Virus record (IMG/VR): IMGVR_UViG_3300035698_035310
Coordinates: 62,001-126,000 of that record
DNA: 64,000 nt
Strand: one strand, 5' to 3'
Under the pieces are notes generated by a model. That model was given only the letters and a program-made list of their open reading frames with translations, did no database searches and was not told where the DNA came from. Below, piece after piece: positions 18,448 through 27,481 of this stretch (its first letter is position 1; the number at the start of each line of letters is the position of its first letter). A program made the translations under genes and the position numbers.

Positions 18448-18528
18448 GCTGGTAACGCATAGTGGGGGTGCAGCGTGCTCATAACGCGCCGACGAAAGTC
18501 CGGGTTGGTTCGATTCCAACTATCAGTA
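18448..18528 (+). tRNA. tRNA with CAT anticodon (Met or Ile2), long variable arm, no encoded CCA
   Basis: Acceptor GCTGGTA/TATCAGT; D stem GCAT/GTGC; anticodon arm GCGTG-CTCATAA-CGCGC; variable GAC-GAAA-GTC; T arm GTTGG-TTCGATT-CCAAC; terminator-like GTTGGC-ttta-GCCGAC+T run at ~18542-18567. Confidence 0.85.
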
Positions 18529-18548
18529 CATATAAGAAATGGTTGGCT

Positions 18549-19229
18549 TTAGCCGACTATTTTTTTGACTTCAATAAAAGCACTTTCTGGTGAGAAATAA
18601 CGATCTTCAAATATGACTACATTCCATCCATTTTCTTTGAATAGTTTTTGTTTGATTCGGTCTCTATTTTGAACTTGTTTTAAACTATGCACCAAGCCTA
18701 CCATTTCTTTATAATGCCATGGGCCATTCCATAGGATTGCTATTTTATGATCATTTAGTATAATGTCTGCGTCCCATCCATCTACTAAATGTTTATTGTG
18801 GTCTACGTTGTTGTATTTTTGATGACATAAATCATATAATGCCATTTCATCTTTACTTCGCAAACATCGTTTTTGTGCGGATATTTTGCCGCCTATAAGA
18901 CCACCTTTTTTGCCTGCTGCACGTAGTCTATTATTGAAACAACTTGTAGAACAAGTTTTGCGTTTTCTATTTTTCGTTGGATGGTTTTTTGACGGTGTGT
19001 TATAAAACTTGACACCACAACTATTACACTCGCACCATATTATTGGCGAGTAATCACCATCGATGCCGTTATATTTAAGAACGGATAAACGTGTTTTATT
19101 TTTACTGTGTTCTGAACGTTTTCTATTTTTGTTGTTGAATGTCGCGGCACATTGGCGGCTACAATACTTGCGTCTATGATCGTTTGTTTCAAACTCATTT
19201 CCACATTGTTCACATTTTTTGATTTTCAT
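18549..19229 (-). CDS. homing-endonuclease-like protein (Zn-finger repeats + PD-(D/E)XK/Vsr-like domain)
   Basis: CEQCGNEF..YCSRQC, CNSCG..TCSTSC; SKDE...WDADI...AILWNGPWHY...D..K...GWNV. Confidence 0.75.
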   Translation of the reverse strand: MKIKKCEQCGNEFETNDHRRKYCSRQCAATFNNKNRKRSEHSKNKTRLSVLKYNGIDGDYSPIIWCECNSCGVKFYNTPSKNHPTKNRKRKTCSTSCFNNRLRAAGKKGGLIGGKISAQKRCLRSKDEMALYDLCHQKYNNVDHNKHLVDGWDADIILNDHKIAILWNGPWHYKEMVGLVHSLKQVQNRDRIKQKLFKENGWNVVIFEDRYFSPESAFIEVKKIVG

Positions 19230-19265
19230 TTTGACTTACCCTAGTTAAACAGTTATAAATAATGC

Positions 19266-19328
19266 AGCGGGACAGTCTGTCACCCTAGTCAGATTTCCTA
19301 TTTGTTCGAAGCATTTAGGATTACCGCT
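19266..19328 (+). ncRNA. candidate ~63-nt three-way-junction small RNA
   Basis: Promoter TTGACT(19231)-N17-TATAAA(TA); stems AGCGG/CCGCT, AGTCTG/CAGATT, TCCTA/TAGGA; G-U pairs favour the + strand. Confidence 0.5.
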
Positions 19329-19340
19329 ATTAGTATTTAT

Positions 19341-20138
19341 TCAAGTGAATATTTTAAATGCAGGATTTTTTTGTATATTTTCCATCCTTTTTTCTGCTAT
19401 TTCTATATATTTTTCTTCTAAGTCTATACCAATGAAAGACCGATTGTTTTTGAGGCAAGCTACGCCTGTTGTTCCGCTACCCATGAATGGGTCTAATACT
19501 ACGCCTTGTTCCGGTGATAACAGTTTGATCAACCATGATGCTAAATTTTCTGGATATTGCGCTGGATGTGTATTAAATTTGTCTTTGTTAGATTCATGTG
19601 TCCCGACTTCGACGTAATCTTTGCATCTCGCGATTCCTGATTTGGCGGTGCTTACGCTATCGATATATTCATTAACGCCTTTCACTGATTCCATGCCTAT
19701 TCTATCCGAAACCACACCATTCGCTTTAGGATCGCAATAGCTACGCTGATCTAATGAAAACCAATGTATGCTTTCCCAACTTCTTCTAGGGCGATAGTTG
19801 CTACCTAATGGTGCAGATGTAGGTTTAATCCATATCAATTCTTCACACTCGCGCCAACCATCTTCACGTATTGCTAGTCTCATTTTTAATGTATAATCAC
19901 TGATTTGACCTTCTTTGATATGTGGTCTAATCACGATTGCCACATTACCGGCTGGTTTAAGAATTCGTTTGACTTGTTGCATCCATTTTACAGTCCATTC
20001 AGGGTAATCGTGTTCATTGATTCCGTTGTATAATCCATCGCGTTGTTCGGCATACGGTGGTGAAGTTAACACCAAGTCTACAGAATTATCTTCTATATTT
20101 GTTATTTGTTCTAATAAATCACCTTTAAATATAATCAA
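19341..20138 (-). CDS. DNA methyltransferase, beta class (N4-cytosine type)
   Basis: DLVLTSPPY catalytic motif before HPAQYP and VLDPFMGSGTT SAM motif; likely TTG start at 20138 (GGAG SD, ATAAATA upstream); ORF track start 20180. Confidence 0.92.
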   Translation of the reverse strand: MIIFKGDLLEQITNIEDNSVDLVLTSPPYAEQRDGLYNGINEHDYPEWTVKWMQQVKRILKPAGNVAIVIRPHIKEGQISDYTLKMRLAIREDGWRECEELIWIKPTSAPLGSNYRPRRSWESIHWFSLDQRSYCDPKANGVVSDRIGMESVKGVNEYIDSVSTAKSGIARCKDYVEVGTHESNKDKFNTHPAQYPENLASWLIKLLSPEQGVVLDPFMGSGTTGVACLKNNRSFIGIDLEEKYIEIAEKRMENIQKNPAFKIFT

Positions 20139-20398
20139 TTTTAGCACTCCAATAAAATAATTTCCTATTGTATTTATCATTATTAAATACGGTGTTTATT
20201 ATATCAATATGTATATATATCAAATGGTTAGACCCTTGCGCAAAAATTCAATTTCATCATTTAGTTAGTTTTTGATTTTATGCGCAACCATGATTTTTGA
20301 AAATAATTAAAAACAATGCTTGACAATATATAATAATGGATATATGGTGTATATTATATAAATCCAATAATTGAAACTATACAATGAGGTATTAAAAA

Positions 20399-22909
20399 AT
20401 GAGTAACCAACAGCCAAGTATTATCCGTATCGGTGATATACCATCTAATGATGATTCACCTGTAAATGAAACCCTTGCTACTATTGTACCGTTTTCCAAC
20501 GCTTTAAAAAAACAAAGCAATTTCGATAAATTAGTAAATGATCATTTATTGTATATTGATTATTCTTATCCTATAATGTCATATTTAACTTCACATTTAA
20601 AAAATGTTATAATTCCAGAAAAAGATGGTGTTTCAATAGTTGTAAACATGAAACCATATGATAAAAATTTATTTTTAGCAATGAATAGATCAGAGCAACG
20701 AGATATAATTAATAAAGCACATAATTCTGGTTATAAAAAATTAATTACAGCATTGAAAAATGGCGAAAAACATCCCATTGGAACACCACATTTAAACGCT
20801 ATTAGAACATTAGTTGAGCGGGTTATTCCGTCGTTATTGAATGACCCATCTAAATGTAAAAATATTAATGGACCAACACAATCTGGAAAATCTAGTTTGG
20901 CGCATATTATGTCTTGGTTGGAGCCAATTATGTGTTTAATGACAGGTCGTAAATATTTTAATATCAATGTAGGAACAAATAAATTGGCGCATGGATCGCA
21001 ATATCGTGAAGAGCTTGATGTGTTTTTGGATTTGTTCGGCGACGTTGAATTTGAATATGCTAAATCTGAAATTGCATATAAATCATCCAGAGTGTCATTA
21101 AATCAACTTCGTAAACTCAATAACGATGCCATAGATCGTATGTGCAAATCGTATAATGAATATCAATTGTCATTTAAAGAAAACGTCGAAGACGGTGGAA
21201 ATGAATATCTAAAATCTGTATTTGTAGCGAGAACAAATAAACTGCAATGCATTTCAGATATCCAACAATTGTGCCAAAATGCCGATCTCGAAGGATTTGA
21301 TTTATTATATTTGGTTGATGAACATCATTATGGCGCTGACACCGATAGCATATTATATCAAATTATGTCTATACATAACACAGATGGAAATAATCTAGCG
21401 AGTGAAAACTCAAATCATATATGGATAGGGTTTTCCGCTACTGCATATGATTTCAATCATTTGGAAAAAATAGATAATATTAAACAATTTCTCGGTGATA
21501 ATTACTGCGGGTTTAATGTTCTTCAGGGTGATATATATGATACTGATGCGGCAGTTATCAATCCGGTTTTATATACATTCGACGAGGCAGCTAAGATTTA
21601 TGATTGTGAAGGTCTGCAACACATTAATATAAAATTACTTAGTAATAAATCTAAGTATAATAAAAAGCCGCAATTCATTGGTGGGGAAAAATTAACACAT
21701 GATGAATATTATACATATTGCATGAATGCAGTAGATTTATTTATAACCAATGTTTTACTTGACGGAAATGGCGATAATGATAAGACACTAATGTTAATGA
21801 GATGGCATCATTCTAACGCAATTACTGATATAATTGAAAATTATATAGTCAACACGATGGGAATAAAAGTGATCAATTTCAGAATAACGCCATCAACCAC
21901 AAAAAAAGATAAAGAAACATCTATTGCTAAACGTATCGAAAATGAAGTGGGCAATGAAAAAGCTATTATTTTGGTGACTGGTAATGGTAGAATGGCTGAT
22001 TCGTTTCCTATATGTGTAAAATATTATGTCGATTTTACTGAAACTATTGGATCACAAGCGGCATTTATTCAAGGCACCCTTGGGCGTTCTACTGGTTACG
22101 GCAAACAATCTGTTGTGTTCATGAATAGAAAGAATATTGGCGCTATTAGAGCTTATGCTATTGAAGGATTTTATTCAAAACATCCAACAAAAAATTTAAA
22201 ATTGGGGGATAAAGTTGGAAATTCTAAACCTATTATCAATATGGCGTTTAATAGATATGGCAATCTTTTCGATCATCAACCTATTATAGATACTTTTCAA
22301 TCAATTGTTGCCAAATATCTTAGTAATGATGTATCACATATTGATATAAAGAAACAGTTAGCATCCGCGTCAAATAAAGCTAATAAATTAAATGGTATTA
22401 CTGCACGTGGATATATTGATTTATGGAATATATATCTCCCTGAAGATGTGATGCAAACACTAGAAGATATATGCAATAGTTCATTGTTGCGTGCAGGGGT
22501 TGGGCATGTTACGGAAAATCCACTAAAACCTAAATTTAATGGTGAAGGATATGATTATAAAGGTGGTCAGACAGGCGAACCTATTAGACCATCTGATATA
22601 GGATTTAGAAACATGACCGAGAAGGATAATGAAAAAGGGCATATGTCAAAGCGTATGAAAGATGATCGCAACAAAGGTGGTACAAGCGGCAAGAAACCAT
22701 CCGGTTTATCTTTGGCACCACAAATTGGTGTTAAATTTGAAGATGGAAAATGGCTATTTGTCGAGATTGAATTGCGTTTGAAATATGGTTCATATACCCA
22801 ACATAAAACATCTTCTACCGCATATCTTGATCATACCAGCAAATCATCTGCTGTAGAATTCATGAATGATGATGAAATTCAGCACTCAATATTAATGCAA
22901 GGGGTATAA
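20399..22909 (+). CDS. SF2 helicase/ATPase-like protein (Z1-family-like)
   Basis: GPTQSGKS (Walker A), LVDEHHYG (Walker B), GFSATA (motif III), QGTLGRSTGY (motif VI-like); promoter TTGACA at 20320. Confidence 0.65.
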   Translation: MSNQQPSIIRIGDIPSNDDSPVNETLATIVPFSNALKKQSNFDKLVNDHLLYIDYSYPIMSYLTSHLKNVIIPEKDGVSIVVNMKPYDKNLFLAMNRSEQRDIINKAHNSGYKKLITALKNGEKHPIGTPHLNAIRTLVERVIPSLLNDPSKCKNINGPTQSGKSSLAHIMSWLEPIMCLMTGRKYFNINVGTNKLAHGSQYREELDVFLDLFGDVEFEYAKSEIAYKSSRVSLNQLRKLNNDAIDRMCKSYNEYQLSFKENVEDGGNEYLKSVFVARTNKLQCISDIQQLCQNADLEGFDLLYLVDEHHYGADTDSILYQIMSIHNTDGNNLASENSNHIWIGFSATAYDFNHLEKIDNIKQFLGDNYCGFNVLQGDIYDTDAAVINPVLYTFDEAAKIYDCEGLQHINIKLLSNKSKYNKKPQFIGGEKLTHDEYYTYCMNAVDLFITNVLLDGNGDNDKTLMLMRWHHSNAITDIIENYIVNTMGIKVINFRITPSTTKKDKETSIAKRIENEVGNEKAIILVTGNGRMADSFPICVKYYVDFTETIGSQAAFIQGTLGRSTGYGKQSVVFMNRKNIGAIRAYAIEGFYSKHPTKNLKLGDKVGNSKPIINMAFNRYGNLFDHQPIIDTFQSIVAKYLSNDVSHIDIKKQLASASNKANKLNGITARGYIDLWNIYLPEDVMQTLEDICNSSLLRAGVGHVTENPLKPKFNGEGYDYKGGQTGEPIRPSDIGFRNMTEKDNEKGHMSKRMKDDRNKGGTSGKKPSGLSLAPQIGVKFEDGKWLFVEIELRLKYGSYTQHKTSSTAYLDHTSKSSAVEFMNDDEIQHSILMQGV

Positions 22910-22913
22910 CGAC

Positions 22914-23861
22914 ATGTATGATCGCAAATTAAAAAATCTCGCGAGACAAAAAATTCTTGAATATATGGCAATAGATGATGTAATTGTTGGTGATAGTATA
23001 TGGTTTCCTGCCTCGCAAGCATTATGTGTATTACAGGCACAACAAATGGGTTTGCTGACTCAAAATACCATATTGGTAGAGAAAGATGCTTCAATAATTG
23101 ACGATTTTGATCAAATAACTGAACATCTTCCAAATAGAATCATTCATCATGGTGAATTGAGTGCTCTAAAATTAATTAATGACGTATCTTATGCATTTTT
23201 TGATTTAAATGGATGCATGGATGAAAAAATAGCCCGATGGGTTGTCGAAAATTTTATACCATATGTTAAATTCGGTGGAATTTATTCATTTAATTATTTA
23301 TATGGCAATCGTTCTAATATATTTCAGCCTAAAATATTATCAGCATTGAAGAAATTGACAATTTATAAACAACTTAAAAAATATATGAATGAAGAAGATG
23401 ATTTGATAATGGGTCCGTTAGCGCTTTTACATTGTTTGTTTGACGATTTAGATGTATATCATAATGAGCCTATATATTATTGTGACACGGTTCCAATGTG
23501 TACATATACGTTGGAAATTGTATCTGATAAAAAATCTATCAGAGCATGGCCCACCATTGATGAACTAATTGACATGATGGATAATCCATCGCCCATCAGA
23601 CCTGTGAAATCACACAGACCTGTAAAACCCGCGACAATAACGTCGCATATACCAAGGAGAAAGAATATGACTGCAACGCAACAAATTGATGCTCTTGTTA
23701 AGAGTGGCAAAATTACAAAAAAAAGTGCTGGTGCATATAAAGCCAATATCACTAGAAAACATCGTGTTATTGATAATGATAAATCGTTATCATCTGGTAG
23801 CGCGGCGGCAAAAAAAGCTCATATTTCGAGAAAGATTCTATCCTCTGCTAAAGGGATTTAA
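22914..23861 (+). CDS. Rossmann-fold methyltransferase-like protein with basic C-terminal tail
   Basis: ILVEKD, HHGEL, YAFFDLNG, GGIYSFNY strand pattern; tail with AGAYKANITRK/AAAKKAHISRK repeats. Confidence 0.5.
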   Translation: MYDRKLKNLARQKILEYMAIDDVIVGDSIWFPASQALCVLQAQQMGLLTQNTILVEKDASIIDDFDQITEHLPNRIIHHGELSALKLINDVSYAFFDLNGCMDEKIARWVVENFIPYVKFGGIYSFNYLYGNRSNIFQPKILSALKKLTIYKQLKKYMNEEDDLIMGPLALLHCLFDDLDVYHNEPIYYCDTVPMCTYTLEIVSDKKSIRAWPTIDELIDMMDNPSPIRPVKSHRPVKPATITSHIPRRKNMTATQQIDALVKSGKITKKSAGAYKANITRKHRVIDNDKSLSSGSAAAKKAHISRKILSSAKGI

Positions 23862-23866
23862 TATAT

Positions 23867-23899
23867 AAAGTGCCTCATCATAACGGTGGGGCATTTTTT
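23867..23899 (+). terminator. intrinsic terminator
   Basis: AAAGTGCCTCATC-ataac-GGTGGGGCATTTTTT. Confidence 0.75.
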
Positions 23900-23960
23900 A
23901 TTGCGCCACGTTTCCTCATTGTGGTATACTCATGAAATAATAATTTAAAGAGGAAATATC

Positions 23961-24599
23961 ACGAGAACATTTAAAGCCCCGAAATTAACTGGCGTAAGAA
24001 AAAAAGCACAAAAACGATTATCCATAAAAAACGAATTGCTAGATTTAGCAAATAGCAGTGCAACCAAGCCAAGACAGTGCACTGAAATTGGAATGAAATT
24101 GATTAGATTCACAAACCAAAAAAGTTCCACGTTTAATTCGGAATTAAGAGAAGAATTGAAAGCGATTAGACCTGAATGGTTTAAAACTGAAACCGTATCA
24201 TATAAAAAACAAAAACTTGTATTTATGGCTGAGAATAAATTGAGTCGCCCTGTTCATACTAGCAAAATAGGTCAGGCCGTTGGAAACTATACATCTGGAC
24301 ACGGTGGTGCTTATGATGCATCATTCGATGTAGAACTACGGTCACTTTCACCAAAATGGTTTAGAGGTAGACTAGCCAAATACAAAAATACCGATTTTAC
24401 AAAACCGAAGAAACCAAGAGTTCCGGTATCCGAAAAGAAAGCAGAATTGCTTAGACTTGCGTCAACTGGTAAAGGGCGACCTAATTATAGCCATCCTTAT
24501 GGAAATGTTTTGGGTGGATACATTTGTAAAACTTCAAACGGATACGATGAAGCATTCAGTAATCAAATACGTTCGTTGCGTCCAGATTGGTTCAAATAG
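23961..24599 (+). CDS. basic protein of three ~58-aa helical repeats (helicase-associated-domain-like)
   Basis: Repeats KxxLLxLA..RP...G..L..Y....YD..F...LR.LRPxWF; frame open from 23949; start uncertain (ACG 23961 after GAGGA, or TTG 24036). Confidence 0.7.
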   Translation, partial: TRTFKAPKLTGVRKKAQKRLSIKNELLDLANSSATKPRQCTEIGMKLIRFTNQKSSTFNSELREELKAIRPEWFKTETVSYKKQKLVFMAENKLSRPVHTSKIGQAVGNYTSGHGGAYDASFDVELRSLSPKWFRGRLAKYKNTDFTKPKKPRVPVSEKKAELLRLASTGKGRPNYSHPYGNVLGGYICKTSNGYDEAFSNQIRSLRPDWFK

Positions 24600-24609
24600 G
24601 ATAAACACA

Positions 24610-25125
24610 ATGGCTGATAAAAAAACACCAAATGAATTACTTGATATGCTAAGAGAACGAGCAAACCGCCACCCCACAGAAGCGGAGTTGGCACAAAAGC
24701 AAATTGAAGAAGATAATCACATTGAACGGCAAAAAAAGATAGATTGTTTCGTGATTAATACGGTTTATGAAACAGTTGAAAGACCATCATCGTTGACAAC
24801 ATATGTTGTTGGGGTTTTAAGGCCGTTATGTGAACGAATGCCAGAAGATTGTTATCATTTTTCAGAGAATGAATGGCTTGAAATTGCGATGGATTATGCA
24901 TCTGAAAATAACATTGGAATGAATGATCCAGTGATGCGATATTATTATGTTCATAGTGATGATATTCATTGGACATTATCAGCATCGTATGCATCGGATC
25001 ACTATAGCAAATCTCATCCATCCAACTTTGATGACATCAACGATTGGGTTATGTCATGGCTTCTTGATTATGTAGAAGATGAAAAAGAAATAAAAATTAC
25101 CGAGGTTAATGTCACATATAATTAA
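24610..25125 (+). CDS. hypothetical protein
   Basis: AGGA SD before ATG 24610. Confidence 0.7.
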   Translation: MADKKTPNELLDMLRERANRHPTEAELAQKQIEEDNHIERQKKIDCFVINTVYETVERPSSLTTYVVGVLRPLCERMPEDCYHFSENEWLEIAMDYASENNIGMNDPVMRYYYVHSDDIHWTLSASYASDHYSKSHPSNFDDINDWVMSWLLDYVEDEKEIKITEVNVTYN

Positions 25126-25184
25126 TCCTTGACAATATCTGATTATCATATATAATAATCAAATAATCAACGAAAGGTATTATT

Positions 25185-25757
25185 ATGAATAATGAAATGC
25201 AAACACGATTCAAAGAAACTGTATATAGGGTTGAAGCCACGCGCTTTGAAAAAAGTGTGTTATGGCGCAGTCATTCCAATGAGGCGGTTAAGCATAAATT
25301 ATCTACCGCCGATCATCCACATTTGGTTGTTGATTGGGTGCAAATTACTAGTGGATATGGACTGACGGTTGGTTGGATTGAGGATCGTTCTGTGCATGTA
25401 TCGTTTGAGTGGGCCAATATTAACGACAAATTAGTTATGTTTTGGGAGCCAACAAGCTTCCTCGTCGATTATGATATTATTGACAAATGGTTTGAAGTCG
25501 AAATGCCTCATGTAGAAAAATGTGAGGCTGATACTTTTACACACTGTATTGATTGGATTAATAAACAACACAAGGAACCAGATACAATGTCAGATGAAAC
25601 ACCCGATTATAAAACAATAGTAGATTCGATAGTGCGTGATCTTACAGGCAGAGGTGGATTACGCCAATCGTGGGATAACATAGATGAAGAAATTCATGAA
25701 GAGATTAAAGACGCTTGGGCCAAAATCATTGAAAATGGAATGAACGGAAAAACATAA
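25185..25757 (+). CDS. hypothetical protein
   Basis: Promoter TTGACA(25129)-N16-TATAAT; AAGGT SD; C-terminal DLTGRGGLRQSWD module. Confidence 0.75.
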   Translation: MNNEMQTRFKETVYRVEATRFEKSVLWRSHSNEAVKHKLSTADHPHLVVDWVQITSGYGLTVGWIEDRSVHVSFEWANINDKLVMFWEPTSFLVDYDIIDKWFEVEMPHVEKCEADTFTHCIDWINKQHKEPDTMSDETPDYKTIVDSIVRDLTGRGGLRQSWDNIDEEIHEEIKDAWAKIIENGMNGKT

Positions 25758-25861
25758 TGAAAATACAATTGATATTTTTAGCAGTTGTAATGCTTACAAC
25801 ATATACGTGGTTTTGGGTATTCGTTGTTTGGTTATAGCATTTGTTATAGAGGACTGGTAAA

Positions 25862-26254
25862 ATGGATAATAAATATTTCAGGTTTGGAAAGTCATTGGCA
25901 TGTGTTCAATTGGTGATAGAACTTGAAAAACTCCCACGCAAAGATAGCAGAAAAATATCCACACATATTGAAGAATTTTGTCGCGGTTTGAATCAACTCA
26001 GTTCTGTTGATAAATTTTGCCGCCATCGAATGGGAACTATGTGGTTAGATCAATTCACAAATCACGATTTAACTATACCAAAACGTCTCGATTTTAATTA
26101 TGATACCACTCTAAAAAACATTCTTAAATATCGCTATCGGCTTTGGCTTGAAGAAAACAATTTGTTGAATAAGTATGAACTTGCGGATCGCCAAGAAAAA
26201 AATATCCGTGAATCATTAAACGCAGAACGGTGGATTGCTGAAAATATCTCTTGA
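25862..26254 (+). CDS. hypothetical protein
   Basis: GAGGA SD. Confidence 0.65.
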   Translation: MDNKYFRFGKSLACVQLVIELEKLPRKDSRKISTHIEEFCRGLNQLSSVDKFCRHRMGTMWLDQFTNHDLTIPKRLDFNYDTTLKNILKYRYRLWLEENNLLNKYELADRQEKNIRESLNAERWIAENIS

Positions 26255-26307
26255 CAAATACATCATGTATGGTATCTTTAATTATATTTCATTGAAGGAG
26301 ATCGAAC

Positions 26308-26784
26308 ATGCAATATATTATTAATAAATTGCGCAACGAACTTAAAACATTGTTTTCGAATGTTAAAATTTCTAACACGCAAGGAACATTGTATAAAGTG
26401 TCTGCGAAGAACGCATTTCGTGATATTCACGGTGCAACATATGAAGAATTTGTTGTAAAGGCAATTGAAGTTGCAGGATTTGAAGTCGATGCAGTAAACA
26501 TGTCAATGGATGATAATGTTAGTATTATGTGTAGACATGAAAAGGATAATATTGTTCCTGATGATGTTATTACATTTTGGGCTAACTATCAAATCGGTGG
26601 CAGCGGAATGAGCACTTCAACGCAAAGCACGCTTCGCAACATGGCACGTATGATTTACAAAGAGCGTGGCATTGATTATAAAACCATCGAATACTCGATT
26701 GGTAGATATAATGGAACTGATAAAGTTGCGGTCATGGCAAATAACAAATTTATTAGATTTCAAGATGAAGTGGAGATTGCATAA
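26308..26784 (+). CDS. hypothetical protein
   Basis: TTGACA promoter at 26251; AAGGAG SD. Confidence 0.7.
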   Translation: MQYIINKLRNELKTLFSNVKISNTQGTLYKVSAKNAFRDIHGATYEEFVVKAIEVAGFEVDAVNMSMDDNVSIMCRHEKDNIVPDDVITFWANYQIGGSGMSTSTQSTLRNMARMIYKERGIDYKTIEYSIGRYNGTDKVAVMANNKFIRFQDEVEIA

Positions 26785-27239
26785 TGAAAAATCTTGCTGG
26801 TGTAGAAAAATGTGATGACTACATTCGTGACGAACTTGAAAAAGCGGGTATTACTCCGTTTGAAATTCTTAAAGGAACATCAGAAGTTCCATATTCAGTT
26901 ATTGGTTTATTGGGGCATGATGATTATGATGAGCGTGATATTAATTTTTTCAAGCGCCATAAACTCGCTATAAAAATTGCATCATTTCATTTCACACGAA
27001 ATTGGTATTACTGGATAGTTAGTGGTTATGTTCCATTGGATGTGGCTGAAATAATGTACGCTAATCCCAATGGCGTTAAGGATATTCGTGCTGCTGGACA
27101 TTGTGGATGTCCACCACCTTCTGAACAAGTTGATAGAATTTTAGTTTGTGGGAAAAAGGTGGTGTCTTCATATCACATTGACTCACAAGAAGGTTTGAAT
27201 TATTTTGTTCAAACACTCAAAGAACACGGTTTGGTATAA
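26784..27239 (+). CDS. hypothetical phage protein
   Basis: FTRNWYYW..GHCGCPPP..YHIDSQEGL conserved-looking motifs. Confidence 0.75.
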   Translation: MKNLAGVEKCDDYIRDELEKAGITPFEILKGTSEVPYSVIGLLGHDDYDERDINFFKRHKLAIKIASFHFTRNWYYWIVSGYVPLDVAEIMYANPNGVKDIRAAGHCGCPPPSEQVDRILVCGKKVVSSYHIDSQEGLNYFVQTLKEHGLV

Positions 27240-27250
27240 AGGAGAATAAA

Positions 27251-27481
27251 ATGTCTGATTTAACCAATGTTACTACACATGATGCATGGATGGCTTTATT
27301 TAATATTAGAAAAAAAGATTTAGAGTCTGTATTAACACTACTAACAAAAAACAATACACTAGGAATTGATAATTCAAAAATTTCTAAAATTATGGAACAT
27401 CTTGATACCGCTTTTGATGGCATCGAAGCACAAGTTATTATTGCGCAGCGCGACAAACAAATGGAAAAAGGAAAATTATAA
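27251..27481 (+). CDS. hypothetical protein
   Basis: AAGGAG SD. Confidence 0.65.
   Translation: MSDLTNVTTHDAWMALFNIRKKDLESVLTLLTKNNTLGIDNSKISKIMEHLDTAFDGIEAQVIIAQRDKQMEKGKL

Noticed and set aside
18448-18528. tRNA-Sec (reading TCA in the loop)
   Set aside because: The 7-nt loop CTCATAA centres on CAT, not TCA, and the D stem is short.
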